Source: Micromonosporaceae bacterium (GTDB lineage: Bacteria > Actinomycetota > Actinomycetes > Mycobacteriales > Micromonosporaceae). From it: a DNA stretch of 64,000 bases. The translations under genes and the position numbers were made by a program. The stretch spans positions 10,456 to 74,455 of the forward strand of contig DATFRR010000010.1 of the NCBI GenBank assembly GCA_035263025.1, read 5' to 3'. Position 1 is the stretch's first letter. The number at the start of each line of letters is the position of its first letter. The notes beneath the pieces were generated by a model. The model was not told the origin of the DNA. It was given only the letters and a program-made list of their open reading frames with translations, and searched no databases. Of the stretch, positions 46,510-54,632 are shown in pieces.

Positions 46510-46884
46510 GTGGCTGACGCCGACGATGTCCGTCGCCTCGCACTCGCGTTGCCTCACGTGGAAGAGATTGACAGCGACGGCTTCGACTTCCGGGTCGGCA
46601 ATAAGGGCTTCGTCTGGTCATATCCCGAACGCATCCCCGGCAAGCCACGCGTCATCCGGACCGACATCGCGGTGCTGTACGTCGGAGACGAAGCCGAGAA
46701 ACAAGCGCTGCTGCTCGGCGACGCTGAGGTCTTCTTCACGACGCCGGCATACGACGGCTTGCCGTTAGTCATGCTGTGGCTCGCGCGGGTGAACGTCAAA
46801 CGGCTCAGGGATCTCGTCATTGACGCGTGGCGTATGCGTGCACCGGACGAGCTCGTCGACGATCTCGACGAGCGCTTGTTCTAG
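46510..46884 (+). CDS. MmcQ/YjbR-family protein
   Basis: The sequence is VRRLALALPHVEE...FRVGNKGFVW...LVDDLDERL. The start codon is GTG. Confidence 0.7.
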   Translation: MADADDVRRLALALPHVEEIDSDGFDFRVGNKGFVWSYPERIPGKPRVIRTDIAVLYVGDEAEKQALLLGDAEVFFTTPAYDGLPLVMLWLARVNVKRLRDLVIDAWRMRAPDELVDDLDERLF

Positions 46885-46911
46885 ACCGCGGCCGCTTGTT
46901 CCAGACCGCGG
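46873..46911 (+). repeat. Tandem 20-bp duplication that includes the MmcQ stop codon
   Basis: CGCTTGTTCTAGACCGCGG (46873-46891) and CGCTTGTTCCAGACCGCGG (46893-46911). The only difference is TAG versus CAG. Confidence 0.85.
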
Positions 46912-46954
46912 ACCGTGGGTGCGGGTTCCGGGCGCGCCGCGAGCACCTGTTGTG

Positions 46955-47013
46955 GACCTTGCGGGGAATGGTGGCAACCTAGGTGGAGGATCCAACAACT
47001 TCCCCGCAAGGTC
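46955..47013. repeat. Perfect 14-bp inverted repeat with a 31-nt loop
   Basis: GACCTTGCGGGGAA (46955-46968) pairs with TTCCCCGCAAGGTC (47000-47013). The loop contains the palindromes CCTAGG and GGATCC. Confidence 0.8.
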
Positions 47014-47038
47014 ACGACCGGCCCGGCCGGCTCGCCGT

Positions 47039-47157
47039 CTGGCTTGCCCGCCTGGCTGCCCGCCCGCGCCTGGCCGGCACGCTCGCCTGGCTGGCCCGTC
47101 TGGCTGCCCGCCCGCGCCTGGCGGGCCCGCCTGACTGCCGGCCCCGCCCGACTGGGC
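47039..47157 (+). repeat. GC-rich tandem repeat, about 2.5 copies of a 44-48-bp unit
   Basis: The 23-nt core CTGGCTGCCCGCCCGCGCCTGGC occurs at 47052-47074 and again at 47100-47122, with a degenerate third unit from 47131. It is intergenic. Confidence 0.8.
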
Positions 47158-47176
47158 GCGGCGGTGTCGCTGGCAG

Positions 47177-47215
47177 TTGACAGCTTGCGCCAACCGATGT
47201 GCAATATATTGCATG
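47177..47215 (+). promoter_or_regulatory. Candidate promoter (TTGACA-17 nt-TGCAAT) with a perfect 14-bp palindrome, predicting a leaderless gntR-acdS transcript
   Basis: TTGACA is at 47177-47182, followed by a 17-nt spacer and TGCAAT at 47200-47205. The palindrome TGCAATATATTGCA (47200-47213) ends on the A of ATG 47213. No RBS-like sequence lies upstream of that ATG. Confidence 0.5.
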
Positions 47216-47872
47216 CCGATCCCGCCTGGCGCGGCCGCCGTGCTGTCCCGATCCTTGCTGCGTGATGACGTCTACGTGCGTTTGCGCGATGCGATCGTGG
47301 ACGGCACCTTCGCGCCTGGCGAGCAGCTGCGCGACGGTGAACTCGCGCAGTGGCTCGGCGTCTCCCGTACGCCGGTTCGTGAGGCGCTGTTGCGGTTGGG
47401 CCAGGCCGGGCTGGTGGTCGTGGCGCCCGGCCGATCCACCGTGGTTAGCACGCTCGACGCTCGCGCGGCGCACGATGCGCAGGCGGTTGTCGCAGCGATG
47501 CATGAACTCGCCGTTGCCACCGCCGTGCCGCTTCTGACCCGCGCCGACCTGGCACAGATGCGGGAGGCGAACGCTCGGTTCGACGCGGCGATCGCGACGG
47601 GCGACGTCGACGCGGCGCTCGCGGCCGACGACGAATTCCACGGCATCCCGGTGCGGGCCGCCGGAAACGCGGCCGTCGTCGCGGTCCTGGAGCAGTTCAC
47701 CCCGCTGGTACGCCGACTCGAGCGGATCCGTTTCGCCAGCCTCGCGGGGCGCGGTTCGGTTGCCCGGCACACCCGGATGGTCGACCTGTGTGAACAGGGT
47801 GACGTGGCCGCCGCAGCCGCCGTGTCCCGCGAGACCTGGCAGACCCTTGACCCCAACGGAGACCTGCGATGA
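47213..47872 (+). CDS. GntR-family (FadR/FCD-type) transcriptional regulator
   Basis: The wHTH is [31 protein letters not shown]. The FCD-like helical C-terminus carries DDEFHGIP and SVARHTRMV. An ATGA overlap links it to acdS. Confidence 0.85.
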   Translation: MPIPPGAAAVLSRSLLRDDVYVRLRDAIVDGTFAPGEQLRDGELAQWLGVSRTPVREALLRLGQAGLVVVAPGRSTVVSTLDARAAHDAQAVVAAMHELAVATAVPLLTRADLAQMREANARFDAAIATGDVDAALAADDEFHGIPVRAAGNAAVVAVLEQFTPLVRRLERIRFASLAGRGSVARHTRMVDLCEQGDVAAAAAVSRETWQTLDPNGDLR

Positions 47873-48888
47873 AGCTTCACGAGTTCCCCCGGCATCAGCT
47901 CACCTTTGGCGCGAGCCCAATCCACCCGCTCAACCGGCTCGCCGACCACCTCGGCGGCGCTCGCATCTGGGCGAAGCGCGAGGACGTCAATAGTGGCCTG
48001 GCGTTCGGCGGCAACAAGATCCGCAAGCTGGAGTACATCGTCCCCGACGTGCTCAACAGCGGCGCCGACACGCTGGTGTCGATCGGCGGCGTGCAGAGCA
48101 ACCACACCCGCCAGGTCGCGGCGGTGGCGGCGCACCTCGGGCTCAAGTGTCGGCTCGTTCAGGAGCGCTGGGTGGACTGGGATGACCCGGTCAACGACAA
48201 GGTCGGCAACGTCCTGCTCAGCCGCATTATGGGCGCCGACGTCCGGTTAGATCCGGCAGGCTTCGACATAGGCGTACGCCCTTCGTGGCAGGACGCGATC
48301 TCGGAGGTCGAGGCGGCCGGCGGCAAACCGTACGCGATCCCGGCCGGCGCGTCCGAGCATCCGCTGGGCGGGCTGGGCTTCGCCAACTGGGCCTTCGAGG
48401 TCGCCGAACAGGAGAAGCAGCTCGGAGTCTTCTTCGACACGATCATCGTCTGTACCGTGACGGGCTCGACGCACGCCGGCATGATCGCGGGGTTTGCGTG
48501 TCTGCAAGAGAACGATGGCCGTGCCCGCCGGGTACTCGGGATCGACGCCTCGGCCACCTTGGAAGCGACCCGCGCCCAGGTCGAGCGCATCGCCCGAAAC
48601 ACCGCGGCACTCATTGAGCTCGACCGCGACCTGCGCCCGGACGAGATCACTGTGCTCGAAGGCTGGGCGGGGGACTACTACGGGATCCCGGTCGAGTCGA
48701 CGGTCGAGGCCATCCGACTCTCCGGCCGACTAGAGGGCATGATTATCGACCCGGTCTACGAGGGCAAATCGATGGCCGGACTCATCGATCTCGTGACCTC
48801 CGGCGAGATCGGCGCGACCTCCACGGTTCTCTACGCACACCTCGGCGGGCAGCCTGCGCTCAACGCGTACTCGCGGATCTTCGCCTGA
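47869..48888 (+). CDS. acdS: 1-aminocyclopropane-1-carboxylate (ACC) deaminase
   Basis: The PLP Lys is in [11 protein letters not shown]. Other motifs are [22 protein letters not shown] and [15 protein letters not shown]. The Glu (YEGKS) and Leu (HLGG) residues that distinguish true ACC deaminases from D-cysteine desulfhydrases are both present. Confidence 0.9.
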   Translation: MKLHEFPRHQLTFGASPIHPLNRLADHLGGARIWAKREDVNSGLAFGGNKIRKLEYIVPDVLNSGADTLVSIGGVQSNHTRQVAAVAAHLGLKCRLVQERWVDWDDPVNDKVGNVLLSRIMGADVRLDPAGFDIGVRPSWQDAISEVEAAGGKPYAIPAGASEHPLGGLGFANWAFEVAEQEKQLGVFFDTIIVCTVTGSTHAGMIAGFACLQENDGRARRVLGIDASATLEATRAQVERIARNTAALIELDRDLRPDEITVLEGWAGDYYGIPVESTVEAIRLSGRLEGMIIDPVYEGKSMAGLIDLVTSGEIGATSTVLYAHLGGQPALNAYSRIFA

Positions 48889-48897
48889 CGCCGTACG

Positions 48898-49563
48898 TCA
48901 GCAGAACCGCGTGCCTTTCTCGAAGTTGGTTCTGAGGTAATCGGCGTCAGCCGCCATCATCGACGTGACCGCGCCGCCGGCGTTCAGCGCGAACAGGATG
49001 CCACGGCCCGACAACGTGGTAACCAGAAACGCCTTGCTGGTCCCGGCGGACACCTCCTCGGTCTGGACCTGCGCATATATCGTCTTCAGCTGCGCCAACT
49101 TGGTGCCGAGATATGCACCCGACGGCGTCGGGATCGTCGTCGACCGACTCACCGCAAGGTAGAGCGAACCGTCGGGGTGAAATGACAGTTGAACGTCCTT
49201 CCAGACGCCGGTGGCCTGTGCCGTCGTGTTGCCCGGACACGGACCACCCGTCGTCACGTTGGTGAGGCCGGGGTCTGCCTGCAGGTCGGTGAGCATGCTG
49301 CCAATCTGATACGGACCTGCCCCATCGACAGTGAACTCGATCGCTGTGGACGTCGGCGATCCGCTGGGAGCCTCCGACGCGCTCGTGGCATTGTCCGACG
49401 CGCCCGCGCCCGGCGCTGATGTGCCTGGTGTTGGCGACGCGTTCCTCGACGTTGGGTGGCTACACGCCGGCAGCAGTAACACGGCGGCGACGGCGATGAC
49501 CGCGGCGATGCGTTGCTTCACGCGATCAGTGGACCGCAGTGCTGCCGCGGCGACAAGTGCCAA
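48898..49563 (-). CDS. Hypothetical lipoprotein
   Basis: The lipobox is AVLLLPAC, followed by a Ser/Pro/Thr-rich linker. I recognise no family motif. Confidence 0.6.
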   Translation of the reverse strand: MALVAAAALRSTDRVKQRIAAVIAVAAVLLLPACSHPTSRNASPTPGTSAPGAGASDNATSASEAPSGSPTSTAIEFTVDGAGPYQIGSMLTDLQADPGLTNVTTGGPCPGNTTAQATGVWKDVQLSFHPDGSLYLAVSRSTTIPTPSGAYLGTKLAQLKTIYAQVQTEEVSAGTSKAFLVTTLSGRGILFALNAGGAVTSMMAADADYLRTNFEKGTRFC

Positions 49564-49578
49564 CCTGCAAAGGCGCTG

Positions 49579-50067
49579 TCAGTATTCGAAATCGTCGACC
49601 AGCGCGGCGACCGACGACTGCCACGGTGACGTATCGGCCAAGTCGTCCCGTTGTCGCAGCCACCACGTGGCGAGCACCGCGATCAGACCGCCAGCAATCG
49701 TCAGCCATGCGCCCAGGCGCAGATCCTTGTATGGCAGGTATGTCTGGTCGTAATGCCGGGCGTTGAGCCAGATCCATAACCCGCCGGCGGCTAGTGCGAT
49801 GACCGAGAATGCGCCAGCGAGCAAGCGTGACGCCATGAGACCGCCGACAAACAGAAGGATTCCGGCGGCCGCGACCACGACAGCGAACGACGTACCCGTG
49901 CCCGAGTGCGTGTACGTGAAATGCCGTATGCCACCGAACGACGTGTGCGTAATGCCGGAGGCTGGCCTGCTGCCTCGCGCCTTGATCCATGGCAGCGCTG
50001 CGCCGGCTGTTACCGCGAGGCCGCAGAGCGTGACGAGCGCCGCGACGAGGGGACGTCGGGATGTCAT
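49579..50067 (-). CDS. Hypothetical 4-TM membrane protein
   Basis: The start is set at ATG 50067, preceded by GGTGGAGGG. The upstream extension of the track ORF overlaps the well-supported protease gene on the other strand. Confidence 0.55.
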   Translation of the reverse strand: MTSRRPLVAALVTLCGLAVTAGAALPWIKARGSRPASGITHTSFGGIRHFTYTHSGTGTSFAVVVAAAGILLFVGGLMASRLLAGAFSVIALAAGGLWIWLNARHYDQTYLPYKDLRLGAWLTIAGGLIAVLATWWLRQRDDLADTSPWQSSVAALVDDFEY

Positions 50068-50245
50068 GACCCTCCACCATACAGATGTAGCGTCGCTCCA
50101 CCTATCGGCCGCCGTACCGGCCGACGCGGCGCGCACCCTCTCTGGTGCCCTTTGGTTGCGCAGTGGGGCTATCGGGTTGACGTCGCGTAGCGAACCATGT
50201 TGCTGTGTCGTACCTGTGCGCACGATCTGTTGAAAGGGGAAACAC

Positions 50246-51184
50246 ATGCGCAAGAGACTTGGGGTCGTGATCGCGGCGGCGGCTGCGGCGGTCCTGGTAG
50301 CGAGCGCGCCGGCAAACGCGATCACAAACGGCCAGCCCGACGCGGGTGCGCATCCGTCGGTCGGCGAGCTTTTGTTCTTCGTCCCCGATGAGCCCGACTC
50401 GAGGTTCAATGACTCCGGAGCGTGGTTCACGTGCACCGGGACTCTGCTAAGTGACACGGTTGTGCTGTCCGCGGGTCACTGCACGTACGCGATCGGCAAG
50501 GACGGCGCGTCCACAACCGCCGGCGGTGGCAATGGCTCCGGTGGCAACGACGTGTGGATCGACTTCAACGATGCACCAGACTTCTCGATCCTGCCGCCCA
50601 GCTCGTCGTACGGCCGCGACCAGAACCCGCAGCGCTACCACGACTGGGCGACCGCGCTCAACGCATCCAGCGAGTGGCACCGTGCCACCTCGCACCCGCA
50701 CCCGCAGTTCGACCCGAACCAGTTCTTCCTTCATGATGCGGGCGTCATCGTGCTGGACCAGCCGGTCTCGTCCGGCCAGCACGGCCGCATCTCTCCGGCC
50801 GGCTTCCTCGACCAATTCCAGACCGCTCCGAGCAACACGCAGCGGTTCACGGTCGTCGGGTACGGCCTGAACAAGGAACTACCGCACGCCGACTTCGGGG
50901 GCGATGTCCGGTTCGCCGGCACCACGAAGCTCGTCACGTTGAACGGCACGTTCGGTGTCGAACAAGGCACAATCGCGCGGTTCAGCAACGACAATGGCAA
51001 AACCCATCAGGGCGGTACGTGCTTCGGCGACTCCGGTGGGCCAACGTTCGTCGCGGGCACCACACAGATCGTCGCCGTGACGTCGTTCGGTCTCAGCCCG
51101 AACTGCACCGGTACCGATGACGAATACCGCATTGACCAGAGCGACGACCTGACGTTCCTCGCCGGGTTCGGCATCACGCCGTAG
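50246..51184 (+). CDS. Secreted trypsin-like (S1 family) serine protease
   Basis: The signal peptide is followed by ITNG. The catalytic His is in LSAGHC and the catalytic Ser in CFGDSGGP. Confidence 0.85.
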   Translation: MRKRLGVVIAAAAAAVLVASAPANAITNGQPDAGAHPSVGELLFFVPDEPDSRFNDSGAWFTCTGTLLSDTVVLSAGHCTYAIGKDGASTTAGGGNGSGGNDVWIDFNDAPDFSILPPSSSYGRDQNPQRYHDWATALNASSEWHRATSHPHPQFDPNQFFLHDAGVIVLDQPVSSGQHGRISPAGFLDQFQTAPSNTQRFTVVGYGLNKELPHADFGGDVRFAGTTKLVTLNGTFGVEQGTIARFSNDNGKTHQGGTCFGDSGGPTFVAGTTQIVAVTSFGLSPNCTGTDDEYRIDQSDDLTFLAGFGITP

Positions 51185-51293
51185 CGCGTTCGTCGCTCGG
51201 GTTCGCTGTTATCGACCGGCGGCCACCCGGCATCACTCCGATGCCGCGGTGGCCGCCGCGCCATGGGGCTCTAATGACTCCGCGAGCGGCGCT

Positions 51294-52163
51294 TCAGCCG
51301 CCGTTGGCGGAAAAGTGCATGTAGTCCTTGAGCGATCGCCATGTCCCGCCCCACTGCCACCCGACCGCGGCGAAGGCCCGCACGACTGGTCCGTTGGGCA
51401 GGACCATCCCCGGTCGCACGTCGGCCCGGTCAAGGTAGGAGGTGGCCAGCTCCGGCAGCACGATCTTGCCCCGGTGCTCCGGGTTCTGGAACGGGTCTAT
51501 GTCCACGGCGAGCCCGTACGCGTGCTGGGACCACGCCGTCTCGCCTCGTACCGGCCGGCAGACGAACGCCTCGGTGGTGTTGCCGTCGCCGGTCGGCGCC
51601 GCGTGTATCTGCCTAGGGTCGGTAATCTGCATTTGCTCGATCGGAAAGTTGGCTGCGAAGAGTCGTCCGAACACGGTCACCATGTCTCTCGCCGCCCGTG
51701 CATTGACCAGCAACTCGCCGGTATGCGCGAGCCCGTCGAAGCCGCGGAAGCTGACCGTGAGGTAGCGCAGGTCGGCTGCCGCGACCGGGCACCGCTTGGT
51801 CCAGGTGGACCGGGCGAGCACGCTCGCCGACACCTTCTGGATCGTGGCGTGGAACCGGCCGTCGGGCGGCGGCGGCAGCACGTCGACCGTGATGATGGAC
51901 CGGTTGCGCAACTCCGGCGGGGTGTTCTGGGCCGCGGCGAACCCGTTCGGCCCCACCGGAAGGGGCCGCGTTCCCAGCCATTTTGGGGCGGCGCTGGCGT
52001 TCCCGATGCGGGTAACGGCCGGCGTCGGGTGCGTTCCTGCGGATCGGCTTGCTCCCGGGCCGGCAAGGACGCCGGAGCAGCCGCCTAACGCGTACGCGAG
52101 GCACACAACCACGACCAGCGGGCCCGCCACACGGGCCGCACCGCGCCGCACCGTCAACTCCAT
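51294..52163 (-). CDS. M15-family (VanY / D-Ala-D-Ala carboxypeptidase-like) metallopeptidase lipoprotein
   Basis: The lipobox is LGGCSG. The Zn ligands are in SQHAYGLAVDIDP and DYMHFS. Confidence 0.8.
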   Translation of the reverse strand: MELTVRRGAARVAGPLVVVVCLAYALGGCSGVLAGPGASRSAGTHPTPAVTRIGNASAAPKWLGTRPLPVGPNGFAAAQNTPPELRNRSIITVDVLPPPPDGRFHATIQKVSASVLARSTWTKRCPVAAADLRYLTVSFRGFDGLAHTGELLVNARAARDMVTVFGRLFAANFPIEQMQITDPRQIHAAPTGDGNTTEAFVCRPVRGETAWSQHAYGLAVDIDPFQNPEHRGKIVLPELATSYLDRADVRPGMVLPNGPVVRAFAAVGWQWGGTWRSLKDYMHFSANGG

Positions 52164-52323
52164 TCACCTCCGCCGCACGCGCCCGGACCGCGGTCTCCGG
52201 TGTGCCCGCATCGCATGTCGTCGACCGCGAGTCTCGCAGCCGTATCGACGAAGGTCCACCGCGGCGCGCTAAGTGCGGCGCGGCATTCGGCGCACGAAGC
52301 GCCCCGCGGCGTGCGAAGTCAAC

Positions 52324-53148
52324 TCACCGAGCGGACATCGCTGCGCCGACGATGCCCGCGTTGTTTCGCAGGATGGCCGGAACAACCTCGGTGTCGACGG
52401 TTATGTGCGGAAGGTACTTATCGGACTTCTTACTGATGCCACCGCCGATGATGATCAGGTCCGGCCAGAAGAGACGGTGTAGAAGGTCTAGATACTGCCC
52501 GAGGCGGTGAGCGTAGGCGTCCCAGCTGAGACCGTCTCGCTGGCGCGCCGAGTCGGCGGCGAAGTCCTCAGCGTCGCCATGGTGCAGATGGAGATGGCCG
52601 AGTTCAGTGTTCGGAACCAGTTGTCCGTCGATGAACATGCCGCTTCCGATGCCGGTGCCGAGCGTGACAACGATGATGAGGCCGGACCGGCCGGCGCCTG
52701 CGCCGAACCGAACCTCGGCGAGCCCGGCCGCGTCGGCGTCATTGACGACGCCGACGTGGCGCCCGGTTGCCTTCTCGAACACCTTGACCGCGTTCACGCC
52801 GATCCAGCCGGAATCGACGTTGGCAGCGGTGCGTACGACGTCTCCGCTGACCACACACGGCAGCGTCAGGCCGACCGGACCGTCGACGCCAATCCGGCTG
52901 AGCAGTTCAGCGACCACGTCGGCGACGGCATGCGGTGTCGACGGCGCAGGGGTTGGCAACCGAAGCCGCTCAATGATCAATTCGCCCGTGTCGAGATCGA
53001 CGGTCGCACCCTTGATTCCGGTGCCGCCAATGTCGATGCCGACCGCGGACTTCGTTGACGCACCTGCTTCTGTCACCAGGCCTCCCAGAATGCGCCCGCC
53101 CGGACACGCGATGCCACGCCCCGACGTCGGCACCGGGGCATCGCCCAC
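52324..53148 (-). CDS. ppgK: Polyphosphate glucokinase (ROK family)
   Basis: Motifs are [36 protein letters not shown] and IIGGGISKK. It is collinear with mycobacterial PpgK as I remember it. The exact start is uncertain. Confidence 0.85.
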   Translation of the reverse strand: MGDAPVPTSGRGIACPGGRILGGLVTEAGASTKSAVGIDIGGTGIKGATVDLDTGELIIERLRLPTPAPSTPHAVADVVAELLSRIGVDGPVGLTLPCVVSGDVVRTAANVDSGWIGVNAVKVFEKATGRHVGVVNDADAAGLAEVRFGAGAGRSGLIIVVTLGTGIGSGMFIDGQLVPNTELGHLHLHHGDAEDFAADSARQRDGLSWDAYAHRLGQYLDLLHRLFWPDLIIIGGGISKKSDKYLPHITVDTEVVPAILRNNAGIVGAAMSAR

Positions 53149-53178
53149 CGTGCAGCCGCTCGGCAGTGTCAGTACTTA

Positions 53179-53907
53179 TTAGCGTGGCACATCGCCGGCC
53201 GTCGCGTGCTCGGCGGCGGCGAACACACCCAGTGGGTGATCCAACGAGGCCGCCGGCGCGACGGCGGTAATCAGTAGGCCATCCACCGCCATCCAGCGGC
53301 CGCTGCATGTGCCTCGGGGGGAGCCGACCGCAACCGGGTCATCATGCGGCGTCAGCGTTGCGACGAAAGAGTTCTCGTTCAAGTTCAACGCTATCTCCGC
53401 GTCCTCAAAGCCGAGCCACGCGCGCATGAGTGGATACCACGCCTTGTAAACGGACTCCTTGGCACTAAAGAGCAATCGATCCCAGCGCACCGCTGGCACC
53501 GCATCGGCGAGCCGAGACACCGCGACACGCTCGCGGGACGTCAACACCGTTGAGACCAACGCGTTTGGCAGCGGCTCGTTGGGCTCGGCGTCGATGCCGA
53601 TCGTCCGTACTATCGCAGCCCTGGCGACCGCCGCTGCGCGGTAGCCGTCGCAATGGGTCATGCTTCCGACGATTCCGGGTGGCCAGAGCGGATCCCGACC
53701 GGTTCCCGACGGGATCGGTACGGGTGGCAGGCCGAGCGCGGCGAGTGCGCGGCGCGCACAATGTCGCACTGTCGCGTACTCCCGACGACGCCGATCGACA
53801 GCGCCGCTGATGAAGGCCTCCTCTTCTGGGAACAGGACGGCGGCGGATTCATCCGTGGTCGCCTCCGCGCTGACCACCGCCGTCGGCAGGATCGCCTCGA
53901 TGGTCAT
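53179..53907 (-). CDS. 4'-phosphopantetheinyl transferase, Sfp/EntD (PptT-like) type
   Basis: Motifs are RRREYATVRHCARRAL, WPPGIVGSMTHC, GIDAEP and FSAKESVYKAW. The start is ATG 53907, preceded by GGAGGAAG. Confidence 0.85.
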   Translation of the reverse strand: MTIEAILPTAVVSAEATTDESAAVLFPEEEAFISGAVDRRRREYATVRHCARRALAALGLPPVPIPSGTGRDPLWPPGIVGSMTHCDGYRAAAVARAAIVRTIGIDAEPNEPLPNALVSTVLTSRERVAVSRLADAVPAVRWDRLLFSAKESVYKAWYPLMRAWLGFEDAEIALNLNENSFVATLTPHDDPVAVGSPRGTCSGRWMAVDGLLITAVAPAASLDHPLGVFAAAEHATAGDVPR

Positions 53908-54632
53908 CGTCTTCCTCCGGGTGGCGGACACGTGTTCGTGGGACTGCGCGGCCGGACTCCGGCCCGCGGCACTAAGACCTCATACGATCTTGTGCCCACT
54001 AGGCGTTCAATGTGTCAGCTTGGCGAAACGGATTGCGCGGCGACACGGTGACACGTTGACGGCACGGCCGGGGGATCCAGCGGACCGCGGGCACAGGGCC
54101 GGCGGCAGAGGCCGCTCGACGGACGCGGCCGAGATGACTCGCGCCACACGTTCGGCGCGATGGTCCACATTGGCCAGTCGCCGTGTTCTACGGCTTGTCG
54201 ATCATCGTCGCATTGATCCGTGATCGGATTGGCGCTCCTACAAGTTGTCGTGACAGCGTGACGCGTGCAAGGCGAGTTGGTTGATGTGATCCGTCTCGCG
54301 TACCCCCGCTCTGGATCCCGGTTTGATCTTTGTTTTTCCGCAATTTTCGTCCGGCGCTTCCTGGCTGCCGATACCGTTCCGGTTGATGAGGTTGCGTGCT
54401 GAACGAGTATGTGGAATGCGGTTGAGCGTTCGGCGCAGCGCATCTTCGGTTGCCGGTGTGTACAGGAGACGACGCACCAGGAGACGGTGACACAAGGACT
54501 TCCACGAATTCGACGGTCGTGTCCCGCGAATCGCCAGAATCGTCGACAACATCGATGCCGGTCGGTATCCGCGCGGTGGCATTGGCTGGCGTCCTGTCCA
54601 CCTTTCTTTCCCGCTGGGAGGCATGAGCGCTC

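Noticed and set aside
47039-47157. GC-rich tandem repeat considered as a mini CRISPR array or as coding for a repeat protein (ORFs 46915-47265 and 46983-47180)
   Set aside because: There are only ~2.5 contiguous units with no unique spacers and no cas genes. The ORFs across it are generated by the repeat itself (WLPARAW / LARLAARPRLAG) and have no start context.
49579-50457. Full 292-aa version of the minus-strand membrane-protein ORF
   Set aside because: The upstream 130 aa overlap the signal-peptide region of the well-supported S1 protease gene on the plus strand. A good RBS precedes the internal ATG at 50067, so I kept the short form.
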